Of a stretch of 64,000 nt of DNA, positions 18,049-27,805 are shown in pieces. The notes under the pieces were generated by a model that worked only from the letters and a program-made list of their open reading frames with translations, had not been told where the DNA came from and searched no databases. The DNA comes from a virus: IMG/VR virus record IMGVR_UViG_3300020021_000004, positions 1 to 64,000 of that record; one strand, written 5' to 3'. The position numbers and the translations under genes were made by a program. Positions within the stretch are counted from its first letter, which is position 1. Each line of letters starts with the position of its first letter.

Positions 18049-21000
18049 TCAGTTCATCTCCGTAGGAAACCAGTCGTCAACGAACGAAGCCTCTTTGACC
18101 GTCTCCTGTGCGTCCATGCCCGGCTTCGGTACGTTCTCACCCACTTGCAGACCCGCTTGGAAGACGAAAGGACTCATGCCATTTTGCAACGGGCACGAGA
18201 TCTCCAAGTTGACGGCTGCTCGTGTGATCGCCACGTACGCCAAGTTGCGCTCGGCTTTCATACGCGCTTCCTCTTCGACGGGATCGGGTGGGGGCTCGTC
18301 AGGTCGGCGCTTCGGCTCGAACGGGAAGATACCCTTGGGCATCATCACCGCTACGTTGGTCCACTGAGCACCCTTGACGCTGTGAACAGTCGACAGCGTG
18401 ATGGCTGGAGGCTTCATCTTACGCTTGCCTTCATCAGCAATCTTCAGCTGGTCCTTCTCCCACTTCACAGGGTCGATACGGAGCGTCTCGGCAATCCTTG
18501 AGAACCGATCGATCTTACGAATGAAGCCCTTCGCCATAGAGGGGTCCGTGAGGTGCTCTTGATCGTTGGAGTTCGGTTTAGCCAAAGCATAGAGGAACTG
18601 CACGGCCCCCAAGCCCTTACGCTCTTCCTTGTCCAGCTCCTCTTCGGTCTTCGTGGGAAGCTGCCCCTCTTCACCGATCTCAACCTCAGGAGTTTCTTTC
18701 TCCTCGACCGCGTCATCCTCATCGTCTGAAAAGACCGCCACGTCATTCGTGATTTGCTCACGAAGAGTGGTGGTGGTCGTTACTTCACGACGACTTGCCG
18801 AATCCCAACCCGTCACCCGGGACTTCATGTTGTCGAGCACGTAACCCAAGAGTGCGGGCGTCGTCGGGTCTTCATCGACGTGAGCCCGCAAGTCTCGGAT
18901 ATTCTCCGACATCCCCTTGAGGTTTTGAGCCAGCTCGTCGACACGCTGCTGGTAGATCCACTCACCCTTACGAGCATCCCCGCCCTTACGGATGACGCTT
19001 TCGATGATCTTTAGGCGAAAGGGCTGCTTCAGCTTATCGGCCAAGAGTTTGATGTACTTGGTCTCCAAAAGGACGTCGGGGCGCACAGCCTTGATGTCCA
19101 CACGCTCACGTCGGGCCACGTCGTCGAGTGCCTCGTTCACCACCTTCTCAACGTCATCCCGCCCGAGGAACAGGTTACGATCGGGCTTCATCAGAACCGC
19201 CATGAGCGACTGCTTCATCTTCTCGTAGTCGCTGCCTGTCGCGAGGTCGATGTAGCCCAGAACGGCTCGAGACTCTGGAGCCTCGAGAAAGCCTCGTCCG
19301 CCTCGACGGATGTAAGGGATCTCGTTGATGATGCACGCCGTCTCGAAATCGTTCAGCTCCGCATTGGTGCGAGCTAGAACCGCAAAGTTCTCAGGTTCGG
19401 CCCCTTCGTCGATATCCTTACGGTAACGCCCGATGGTGTTGATCGCCGCATCAACGTTGGTCTCGGGAGTCGTGACCTGAATGGAAGACCGACCTCGGTC
19501 CTTACGCGGGTCCGCCCGAGCTTCCATCGGGATGCGGTCGGTATCGATCGCAATCAAGCTGTTGGCGGCATCAACGATCTCGGGCTGGCACCTGTAGTTG
19601 GTACGGATCATCCGCACTTTCCAGTCAGGATGGTCCCCTAGCGCACGGAACAGCTCAGGCTTAGCGCCTCGGAACTGGTAGATCGACTGCTTGTCGTCGC
19701 CGATCATGAAGATCGAGCGGTTGGTGGAGTCCGGGCCGATGTGCTCCGACATCATCTCGAAGATCTGGTGCTGGACGGTATTGAGGTCCTGGCACTCGTC
19801 CACCAAAATGTGGTCATACATACCCTGAATGGACTTCTTGGCCTTTGGGTTACGGACCAAGATGTCACGCAAGATCTTGATCATATCGTCCAAATCGCCA
19901 AGGCGTTCTCCACCCTTGCGATGACGCCCCATGAAGTTGTCGTACGACTTCGAGGGACAGGGTGGACGCCACCCTGGAATGTCACCCTTTAGACCCAGGT
20001 ACATGTCGTACCAAACGGCCGCTTGAGCCTCACTCTGCGAGGTCACTGAATCTCGAGCGGCCTGGAGCCCGATGTCGTTGCCCCTCCACTTGTTGAGCAG
20101 AAGGCCCGCCTTTTTGGCCTTGGGAGCTTTCTCAATCCACTTCGCCTTGAAGCCGTACCGGGATGTCAGCTGATCGGTGCTGCAATCCTCCCACATACCT
20201 CGAATGGCGATCGACAGACTGGAAGGACTGATCGACTTCTCACCCTTCTTGGGGGGCGCGATTAGACGAGGAGCCCTCAACATCTCCTGCTCTTCTCGCG
20301 TCCCGAAGCCCGGTGTGTCCCTGCTGCCGACAATCAGCTTCGCAAAGAGGGAGTGCATGGTGCCCACTTGAACGCCCGAGCCTTTGCCGATCGTCGCCGC
20401 AATCTTCTCTCTCAGTTCGATGGACGCCTTCGTGTTGAAGGAGCAAGCCATGATGCGAGAAGGGTTGACCTTACGGTCACTCACCAAGTAGTCGATGCGG
20501 GAAACAAGCGTCTTGCTCTTGCCCGCTCCCGCTCCCGCGGCCACCAACACCCGTCCGTCCGTCAGGGCCGCCGCTCGTTGCTCGTCATCCAATTCCCGCA
20601 AAGGAGCGGGGATGTTCTGGAGCCGTGTGGGGTCGCTCAAGGCCGCCACAGCGGCAGCGGTCGCCATGCCGACAACTTGGGAACGCACCGGCGGCTCATC
20701 AGGCATCTGATTGACGACCAGCGATTTACGAGCCGCTTCTGTGGCATCCCGCTCCACTTGGTCGAGGGTCGCTGAGCGGGCCTCTTGAGCCTGCTGAGCC
20801 TCTTCAGCACCGCTAGCCGCCATCTGCTGAATGTTCTGGAAAACGATCGCCTCAGTGTCACCTGACCCTGAGGAAGAAGCAGCATCGACCGGTTGAGGAG
20901 CGCCACCGCCTGAGCCCGCTTGCTCAGATGCCTTGTCGATCCAATCTCGGAGACGGGCGTTGTGCATCGGCATCGCGGCAAAGACATCGAGCGCTCGATC

Positions 21001-21471
21001 CGCGTCATCCAGCATCGCGGCACTAATGGCCTCACGAACCTGACGAACGTATCGTTGGTTCTCGAAGATACCCTTCATGGTGGCGGGACCTCCTCGAGAG
21101 AGCAGGGTCCTGAACTGAAGGGCCCGTCGTGAGGCCCCCATTGGGGTGTAGGTCTTGAGAGCAAGAGCCCGGCGAAGCATTGTCTTCTGGGCGTTCGTCG
21201 AGAGGTGCTGATCCAGAAAGGACCCTAAAGCGTCGATCTGGCCATCCGCAGACCTCAGAAGCCTGAGCCCGTGCCGAATGAGCGCGTCCTCGATATCGTC
21301 CACGCCCGACGATTCCTCGGCATACCTCATGTATGTGTCGAGAGCGAGCAGGAAGACGATGTACTCCGCCACCTGAAACTCCCCGATCTCTTCAGGGACC
21401 TCATCGGACGCAAAGCGGATCACAGGGTCGGCTGAAGGGATCGTGTAGCGAGAGGGGGGTATGAAAGCCAT
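18049..21471 (-). CDS. uvrD: UvrD/Rep/PcrA-like SF1A DNA helicase with ~290-aa N-terminal extension
   Basis: Motifs: LDDEQRAAA (Q), AGAGAGKS (I), SFNTKA (Ia), DECQD (II), GDDKQSIYQFRGA (III), NYRC (IV), STVHSVKG (V), ERNLAYVAITRA (VI). Confidence 0.95.
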   Translation of the reverse strand: MAFIPPSRYTIPSADPVIRFASDEVPEEIGEFQVAEYIVFLLALDTYMRYAEESSGVDDIEDALIRHGLRLLRSADGQIDALGSFLDQHLSTNAQKTMLRRALALKTYTPMGASRRALQFRTLLSRGGPATMKGIFENQRYVRQVREAISAAMLDDADRALDVFAAMPMHNARLRDWIDKASEQAGSGGGAPQPVDAASSSGSGDTEAIVFQNIQQMAASGAEEAQQAQEARSATLDQVERDATEAARKSLVVNQMPDEPPVRSQVVGMATAAAVAALSDPTRLQNIPAPLRELDDEQRAAALTDGRVLVAAGAGAGKSKTLVSRIDYLVSDRKVNPSRIMACSFNTKASIELREKIAATIGKGSGVQVGTMHSLFAKLIVGSRDTPGFGTREEQEMLRAPRLIAPPKKGEKSISPSSLSIAIRGMWEDCSTDQLTSRYGFKAKWIEKAPKAKKAGLLLNKWRGNDIGLQAARDSVTSQSEAQAAVWYDMYLGLKGDIPGWRPPCPSKSYDNFMGRHRKGGERLGDLDDMIKILRDILVRNPKAKKSIQGMYDHILVDECQDLNTVQHQIFEMMSEHIGPDSTNRSIFMIGDDKQSIYQFRGAKPELFRALGDHPDWKVRMIRTNYRCQPEIVDAANSLIAIDTDRIPMEARADPRKDRGRSSIQVTTPETNVDAAINTIGRYRKDIDEGAEPENFAVLARTNAELNDFETACIINEIPYIRRGGRGFLEAPESRAVLGYIDLATGSDYEKMKQSLMAVLMKPDRNLFLGRDDVEKVVNEALDDVARRERVDIKAVRPDVLLETKYIKLLADKLKQPFRLKIIESVIRKGGDARKGEWIYQQRVDELAQNLKGMSENIRDLRAHVDEDPTTPALLGYVLDNMKSRVTGWDSASRREVTTTTTLREQITNDVAVFSDDEDDAVEEKETPEVEIGEEGQLPTKTEEELDKEERKGLGAVQFLYALAKPNSNDQEHLTDPSMAKGFIRKIDRFSRIAETLRIDPVKWEKDQLKIADEGKRKMKPPAITLSTVHSVKGAQWTNVAVMMPKGIFPFEPKRRPDEPPPDPVEEEARMKAERNLAYVAITRAAVNLEISCPLQNGMSPFVFQAGLQVGENVPKPGMDAQETVKEASFVDDWFPTEMN

Positions 21472-21509
21472 TCGTAGACCTGGGATCCTACACCAGAATA
21501 CCCATAAAG

Positions 21510-21543
21510 GAAAAGGCCAGCCCCTTACGGAACTGGCCTTTTC
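21510..21543. terminator. Intrinsic (potentially bidirectional) terminator after the sheath gene
   Basis: GAAAAGGCCAG-12 nt loop-CTGGCCTTTTC. Confidence 0.75.
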
Positions 21544-21562
21544 ACCTAGGACCTTTTTGGGG

Positions 21563-24500
21563 TCAGATACGAGCGCGGAGGTTGAACGTCATCACGATGT
21601 ACAGCAGCGGGAAGATGGGCTGGTAGTACGCCGTGAAGAGGAGGACCGTCGGATCATCCGGGGAGACGCTGGCCGAGATGCCGCTGAAGGCACCCACGAT
21701 TTCCGCCTGAACGAGCTGCTTGAAGAGCGAGGTCATGCTGACCTCGACTTCGTTGGTGCGGCTCGACAGGAACTTGGTTCCGATGAAGGAGTCCAAGGTC
21801 CCACGGCTTTGCTGCTGCACGTAGTCGGAGATCTGGGTCACCGTCGGCAGACGGCTCAAGATCGACGTCATGTCGGTCGTCAAACCCTGGCGAATACGGA
21901 CCAAGGGGTCCAAGTCCTCCAGAATCGTGATACCCGACGTAGCGGTCTGGTTGGCTTCCACCGGATCCATCTGACGAGGCAGACGAGTGAAGCCCTGGAT
22001 TTGACGGCGCGTGTAAGGCGTCGCCACGTCCACCGAGGGGCTCACCGCAGCACCCGCCACCGCAGCAGCCAAGAAGCTGCCATCCACCAGTGACTGGAAG
22101 CTCTCCCCCAACTCGTTCTGGAGGGTCACCACGGCAGAGTCCGGGTAAACCGCGATGATACGGTTGGAGAGAAGGCTCTTCGCCACCGACTGAGCGGTCG
22201 TCGGCGTCGTACCGGAACCGAACCCGATGAAGCCCATCCGCTCAGACTGATTGCGGATGTTCGACTGAACTTCGCAGTGCTGCATGAGCGCTGCGTAGAC
22301 GGTCGTGCTCGTCGTCAAAGGCACCAGCACGTCCGGCTTCAGGTTGCCCGGAAGCGGGGTCGCTAGTTCGTTGATGGCCGACAAGAAAGCCTGATCGCTT
22401 GCCTGATTGGTGTTCGGCACCTTCAGGACCTGCTTGATGCCCACGAGGACGGCCCCGTTGAGAATCATCAAGAAAGCACCGAGAGTGACGCGGTTATCGG
22501 CCGTGAGCGTACCGAAGTTCGCTTCCACAGTCTTGAACTGCTGGTACAGCTGCGTCGAGAAGTCCTGCTTCATGTAGCTGTAGCTCACGAAGTAGAAGTC
22601 GCCGATCGCAGGCTCCAGACCCGCCGGGTTGAACGACTGGAGGGTCGCCGTGTCGTTGACGGTGATGCCGACCGTGTCGGTCACAATCGTCTCCAAGCCC
22701 GCCATCGAAAGGTACGGCACCGCCGGGTTGACCTTCCAAGTCGAGCTGATCTCCAGAGTGAAGGACCCCGCGCCAGAGTACCCGGCCGCTAGAGCCGGAA
22801 GGATCGTGAACCGGAGGCCCGTGTTGGCATCCGTGTACGTTTGACCCGGGTACCCGACACCCGACGACCCTTGCGGGTTGTTCGAGCTAACGACGTAGTT
22901 GTCCTGAGCGTCTTCACCGTTGTCACCGCTGGTGCCGGGAACGATCCCAGTGCCCGTCGTGATGTTGAAGGCAGTCGCCGAACCCGACACGAAGACCACC
23001 GACGAAGAAGCGGCGCCCGTCGTGATCGACTCGATCGTGACGTACTTCTGACCCTCGATAGTGCTCACGTAAGCAACGCCATCCGTGGCGAAACTTGCCG
23101 TTGCGTTGAGACGGTCGACAACCTCGGACGCAGCCACCAACGTCTGGCTGGCGATGTCGTCTTCAGTGAAGCCGAGGACGTCGTTCGCCGAACCCGCCAA
23201 GATTTGGAGAGACGAGCTGGGGTCCGCGATGTTACTGGTGAGACGGATCTTGTTGACGTTCGCCAACGTGCCGACAGCGGCCACGCTGGTGAGGCCCGGG
23301 ACCGCATTGATGGCCGTGACAATCGCTGAAGCGGCCACAGTGGCGCCCGCAGGAAGCGTGATCGCGTAATCGATCCCGTTCATGCGGATGTTCAACGCAT
23401 CGTTGACATCTGCCGTGATGAGGAAGGGACCAGCGTCCGCACTCAACAAGGTAGCGGGCTTGTTGGTAGCCGTCGAAGTACCGGCCGCCGACTGGAACGT
23501 CGCAAACCCCAAGAGGTTCTCGGCCGTGCCTTGACGAATAGCCACCGTCGACACCGCGTCGAACCCGCCCGGCAAAGCTGCCGGCGTCGAGTACGACTTG
23601 ATGAGGAAGAAGACGGGCCCGTTGGTGCCACCCACCTGGACGAAGCTCGCCAAGGTGTTGGGCGCCGTACCGCTGAAGGCCGCATTGGCGTCAATCGCCG
23701 TGTTGATGTCCGTGACGATTTGTGTCGGCGTACGTCCACCAGGCGTCAAAGTGACGGTGATGTTCGTGCCGTCAATCGCTAGTTCGAGGTCATTCGCAGG
23801 GGACGCCGGAACCGTGATGTGATTGCTGCCGTCCACGACCACTCGGGTGGAGACCAAGTAGCCCCTCGTGGCCACATTCAGGTTGGTCACGTAGGCGTTG
23901 CCGTTGAGGGTCGTGCGCCACTGGTCGGAGAAGCTCGTGAAGAACGAGTATGGGCTGGCTCCGTCGTTCGTGAAGGCGGCATTCTGAGCCTTCGCTTGAC
24001 CGAACGTCACCGTTACGGTTTCGGCGAGAGCCGTACCCGCACCGGTGTGGAAAGCGTCCGTGATCTGCTCGACACCACGAGGCCACTGCACGATCTCGGG
24101 CAAGCTGGTCTTGGTCCCGAAACGAGCCTGCATGACGTTCTGACCCGTCAAGGTGCTGAGCACCTCGAACTGACCCGTGCCCACCGGGCCCGGGACCTTG
24201 TTGGTCAGAATGTAGGTGTCGTCACGGAGACGGTTGTACCAGAAGGTTGCGTAGACGTTGTGGTCCGGGGGGACCGCCGACTTCAACGTGATCTTGCGGT
24301 TCGCACCATCGACCTCGGTGACCTGTACGGGCGAACGCCCGAGAGCATCGAGGAGGTTGCGGCCCGTGTAGACCGTGATGAGGTCCGGACGGTTCGTATC
24401 GAGGCCGATACGACCATTCGTCACCGCACTGTAGACAGCGCTCCCAAGGGGCGTGTCACGACCGTTACCGGTCGTGGGGACCTCGGGCAGGAGGAAGTCG

Positions 24501-25828
24501 GTGTCCGACACGAGAGCCGGCACCACTGTGGTGTCGATCACACGAGCCGCCGCCGTCAAGAACAGCCGGTCATCCACGAGGGTGGGAACGATCTGCGTAT
24601 CGTTGAACAACGTCGAACCCGGCGAACGAAGAGCCGAGGCCACCACATAGCTGGCACCCCAGTGAAGGATCGAGACGTCCGGGCTCGGGTTCGAGACCAC
24701 GAAGTCCTGGCCTTCGATGAAGTCGCTACGTCCGGGGGCGAAACCACAACGAGAGACGCTCGTTACCAACGTGTTGGGCAGGTAATCGAACGTGTCCTGC
24801 CAGGTGTTGGCGAAGTACTGGACCTTCACCGTAGACCCGGCGGCGGGGCTGAACGGCAAGGTCACGATACCGTTGGTACCGTCCACCGCCGAAGCCACCA
24901 CCTGCACGTTGTTGACCGTCACCACCACTTTGGTGGCGTCAGTCGTCGTGATACCGCCGTCCGTGCCGTCCACGATCGGACGCTGGAACACCCGGAAACT
25001 GGCGTTTCGGGTCGTCGTCGAATTGGCCATGAAGCCCAACGCACCGTTGGCGTTTCCGACGCCGATGGTGAGGCTCTTGGCCGACATCAGGCTCAAGTGG
25101 ATGCGACCCTGGTTGTCGGTGAACACCGCCGTCGCGAGCCCCGGGATGAGGTTCGAATCGATGACACTCTTGAGGCCCGTCGCCGAATAGCTGCCGGCCG
25201 CGAACGTGATCGACTTCGCCACACCATCGACGCTGAACGCGAAGGTGTCGGTCGTACCCGCGACAATCTCGAAGGGAGCGTACCCCGGGGTCGTCAGAAC
25301 CGCCTGGGTGGGCGTTACCTGACTGGAGACGTCATCCGTGAAGGACGTGTCCGACCGGTGGAAGTAGTAGGTGCAGCGGATGTTGTCACCCGGCTGCGGA
25401 GGGATCTGTAGGAAGACGTAGCCGCTTTGACCCTGAACGGACCCGACCGCGACCGGTGTACCGTTGACGGTCACCGTGACGCTGCGGATGCTGTTGGTCA
25501 CGCGGCCGAAGCCCTGACCATCCACGAGCGGGGAGTTGCGGACCTTGAACTGAGTGATGAGCCCGTTCACAGCCCCGAGGACGGGGTTGTTGGGGTTCGT
25601 GTTGTCCACGACGAAGCGTGAAGACACATCCTCGTTGACGATCTGCTGGTCGAGGTTAGCACTCGAGCCACGCACCAACTCCAAGTCCAGCTGGTCTAGT
25701 TCTTCCTGACCCACGCCAATTTCGACGGGGATACGAAGACCAGCGACGAGATTGGCCGCGTTGGCATCCGTCAAAGTGCGGGTGTAGACACCTGGGGGGA
25801 CGTACGTAGTGAAGGGGCCGAGAGCCAT
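21563..25828 (-). CDS. Contractile tail sheath protein, very large, with inserted domains
   Basis: N-terminal YVPPGVYTRT; C-terminal core GITILE...RIRQGLTTD...ISDYV...YQPIFPLLYIVMTF. Confidence 0.92.
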   Translation of the reverse strand: MALGPFTTYVPPGVYTRTLTDANAANLVAGLRIPVEIGVGQEELDQLDLELVRGSSANLDQQIVNEDVSSRFVVDNTNPNNPVLGAVNGLITQFKVRNSPLVDGQGFGRVTNSIRSVTVTVNGTPVAVGSVQGQSGYVFLQIPPQPGDNIRCTYYFHRSDTSFTDDVSSQVTPTQAVLTTPGYAPFEIVAGTTDTFAFSVDGVAKSITFAAGSYSATGLKSVIDSNLIPGLATAVFTDNQGRIHLSLMSAKSLTIGVGNANGALGFMANSTTTRNASFRVFQRPIVDGTDGGITTTDATKVVVTVNNVQVVASAVDGTNGIVTLPFSPAAGSTVKVQYFANTWQDTFDYLPNTLVTSVSRCGFAPGRSDFIEGQDFVVSNPSPDVSILHWGASYVVASALRSPGSTLFNDTQIVPTLVDDRLFLTAAARVIDTTVVPALVSDTDFLLPEVPTTGNGRDTPLGSAVYSAVTNGRIGLDTNRPDLITVYTGRNLLDALGRSPVQVTEVDGANRKITLKSAVPPDHNVYATFWYNRLRDDTYILTNKVPGPVGTGQFEVLSTLTGQNVMQARFGTKTSLPEIVQWPRGVEQITDAFHTGAGTALAETVTVTFGQAKAQNAAFTNDGASPYSFFTSFSDQWRTTLNGNAYVTNLNVATRGYLVSTRVVVDGSNHITVPASPANDLELAIDGTNITVTLTPGGRTPTQIVTDINTAIDANAAFSGTAPNTLASFVQVGGTNGPVFFLIKSYSTPAALPGGFDAVSTVAIRQGTAENLLGFATFQSAAGTSTATNKPATLLSADAGPFLITADVNDALNIRMNGIDYAITLPAGATVAASAIVTAINAVPGLTSVAAVGTLANVNKIRLTSNIADPSSSLQILAGSANDVLGFTEDDIASQTLVAASEVVDRLNATASFATDGVAYVSTIEGQKYVTIESITTGAASSSVVFVSGSATAFNITTGTGIVPGTSGDNGEDAQDNYVVSSNNPQGSSGVGYPGQTYTDANTGLRFTILPALAAGYSGAGSFTLEISSTWKVNPAVPYLSMAGLETIVTDTVGITVNDTATLQSFNPAGLEPAIGDFYFVSYSYMKQDFSTQLYQQFKTVEANFGTLTADNRVTLGAFLMILNGAVLVGIKQVLKVPNTNQASDQAFLSAINELATPLPGNLKPDVLVPLTTSTTVYAALMQHCEVQSNIRNQSERMGFIGFGSGTTPTTAQSVAKSLLSNRIIAVYPDSAVVTLQNELGESFQSLVDGSFLAAAVAGAAVSPSVDVATPYTRRQIQGFTRLPRQMDPVEANQTATSGITILEDLDPLVRIRQGLTTDMTSILSRLPTVTQISDYVQQQSRGTLDSFIGTKFLSSRTNEVEVSMTSLFKQLVQAEIVGAFSGISASVSPDDPTVLLFTAYYQPIFPLLYIVMTFNLRARI

Positions 25829-25993
25829 CCAGAACTCCTTGTGAGCTGGCAGTCGCCAGCGAATTTCGATTCCGATTTAAATCGAGGTCTTTTTGGATCT
25901 GAATCTGGGATCTGGATCTTCATCTTGACCGCAAGGACTCGCCTCCGGCCTCTATGTCTAGCTCTGGGTCAACGAAGCATTATTGAAGGAGCG
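25829..25993 (-). promoter_or_regulatory. Long structured leader of the sheath gene with AGATNN tract
   Basis: Coding strand AGATGA AGATCC AGATCC C AGATTC AGATCC; palindrome CGATTTAAATCG (25873-25884); hairpin GCTGGC-GACT-GCCAGC before RBS AAGGAG. Confidence 0.6.
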
Positions 25994-26410
25994 TTACGCT
26001 GGCGGTCGCTTTAGGACGCTCACCAGCTCGTCCCGGACTTTCTTCCGGCCTTCGATGGTCTGGTCGCTCCCCGCCTTGTACTCGATGTAGTCCGCCCCAT
26101 TTTTGCGGATTAGAGCCCGGTTTCCCCCCACTTTGCGGACCTCGGTCTTGACCTTCTCCCGCTCCCGATACTCCTCCCAGCGCTTGTCGGCGCTCGACCC
26201 CACCGCGTAATCGTCGGTCGGGTAGTCGTGCTTGGTGACGCCCGAGTTGGCGGGCGCGGACCCGCCGGCAGCAAAAGCGAACCCGAAGCCCTCAAAGACC
26301 CGAGGCGCGCTCCCCTGACAGTTGGGACACTCGTGCGTTTTGTGCTCCCCCATCTTTAGGGTGCGGGTAAATCCTAAGCCACACGTGCATTCGAAGGTGT
26401 ACTTGGGCAC
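25994..26410 (-). CDS. FmdB-like zinc ribbon protein
   Basis: MPKYTFECTCG...ECPNCQG..PRVF. Confidence 0.8.
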   Translation of the reverse strand: MPKYTFECTCGLGFTRTLKMGEHKTHECPNCQGSAPRVFEGFGFAFAAGGSAPANSGVTKHDYPTDDYAVGSSADKRWEEYREREKVKTEVRKVGGNRALIRKNGADYIEYKAGSDQTIEGRKKVRDELVSVLKRPPA

Positions 26411-26413
26411 GGC

Positions 26414-26650
26414 TTACAGCTCTTGAGGGCCTTGGAACCCTCTAAAATTGATAGTGTTGATCAGAGGAGCAGACTCCAGAGACCTCAACTTTTCGTAGTA
26501 ATCCTCGAGGCTTTGCGGCTCCCCAAGAGACTGCCAGTAGGTGTAGGAGATGTGGATCGTCTGCGGAGGCGTATTGCCTCCCGTGTATCGAGGGTCCGGC
26601 TGCCAACCCTTGGGAGCCAACTTCACCATGGGGATCAAAATGTCGGTCAT
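26414..26650 (-). CDS. Small hypothetical protein
   Basis: 78 aa, ATGA-coupled to the upstream gene and fills the gap. Confidence 0.55.
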   Translation of the reverse strand: MTDILIPMVKLAPKGWQPDPRYTGGNTPPQTIHISYTYWQSLGEPQSLEDYYEKLRSLESAPLINTINFRGFQGPQEL

Positions 26651-27804
26651 CCGATCCTCTCGTACGAATCGTTACGACCCTCAAGAATAGGGTGGGTCTC
26701 GAAGAAGAGGTCGCTAGCGACAGCCTTGATGCCAGGACCGCCGTCAGCCGTCGTCTGTGACATCTTGGAAATGGTGAGGGGGAGCGGGACGTGAGCCTCC
26801 CAATCGGCTCGAAGCTGTACCGACAAGGACGCCTGGTAGAAGAACTCCTCGCCCGTCTCGTCCGCGATCTCCTCTGCCTCGCCGCCCATCGAGACATCCA
26901 GGATCTCGATACCCTCAAACTCCAAGCGCTCTTTCTTGTGAGCCCAGAGGTACATCATCGTCAGGTCCGCGATCTCCTCCATCTGCACGGTGTCCCGTGA
27001 GATGACATCGAGATCGAACGACACTTCGAACTTGCCGCCAAACGCTTTGGCGGCGTCCACTCGGTCCTGGTACACAACAACCGCTACCTTCTGCTTGTCC
27101 TCGGCACGCTTACCGAAAGCCAGCACCACACCAGGAAGCGTCGTCGAGTCCGGGGTATTCCAATAGAAGGGGATGGGACCCAACGTGGCGCCGGGGTAGC
27201 GATAGTCAGCCGAAAGCGTCGAGCCCTTCCCGAAGTTCGTCAGTAGGGTGATGGCTCCCGTTTCGTAGTCGACCGAGTAGTCGGTGTTTTCCTTCAGGAG
27301 GAAGTTGCGGTTCTCGTAAAGCCGAAGCGTTTCCCGGACAGGGATCTGCTGAAGCTGCGCCTCCCGCTCGACGCCCGTCTGAAACATCAAGACGGGCTCT
27401 TCCGTGACGGTCAGCAACGGGTCGACCATGAAGGCCCCCTGCTCGCCCGGGTCCGTAGGAGCCTTCACGATCTCCACGTAATAGACGCCAGGAGCGGTCG
27501 GCATGCCTCCGAACTTCTGCACCGTCTTCAGGTCCTCACGGACCCACTCGAGCGGATAAGCGGGCTGGCCCACGTAAGCCAACATGACGTGGCTCTGGAT
27601 GATGCCCACGTAATTGTCGGCCGCCAACGCCACCTTGTTAGCGCTCGAACCCTTCACCACAATGCCGAACTGAGGCCGTTCACTGAACGAGAAGCGGTTC
27701 TGAATGAAAGGCGTGATCTTGCGATAAACTGGGTGACGCCCGAAGCTATCCTTCAGCTCCAAGATCAACCTTCGCTTCAGCGAGTGGACGAGGTAATAAT
27801 ACAC
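26647..27804 (-). CDS. Putative neck / tail completion (terminator) protein
   Basis: About 385 aa, upstream of the sheath; beta-rich, DYSVDYETGAITL insertion; likely GTG start at 27804. Confidence 0.55.
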   Translation of the reverse strand: MYYYLVHSLKRRLILELKDSFGRHPVYRKITPFIQNRFSFSERPQFGIVVKGSSANKVALAADNYVGIIQSHVMLAYVGQPAYPLEWVREDLKTVQKFGGMPTAPGVYYVEIVKAPTDPGEQGAFMVDPLLTVTEEPVLMFQTGVEREAQLQQIPVRETLRLYENRNFLLKENTDYSVDYETGAITLLTNFGKGSTLSADYRYPGATLGPIPFYWNTPDSTTLPGVVLAFGKRAEDKQKVAVVVYQDRVDAAKAFGGKFEVSFDLDVISRDTVQMEEIADLTMMYLWAHKKERLEFEGIEILDVSMGGEAEEIADETGEEFFYQASLSVQLRADWEAHVPLPLTISKMSQTTADGGPGIKAVASDLFFETHPILEGRNDSYERIG

Positions 27805-27805
27805 C

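Noticed and set aside
1-25828. T6SS or extracellular contractile injection system
   Set aside because: Neck/head-completion genes, homing endonucleases, helicase and phage-type small genes point to a phage; no membrane complex or eCIS AAA+ ATPase seen.
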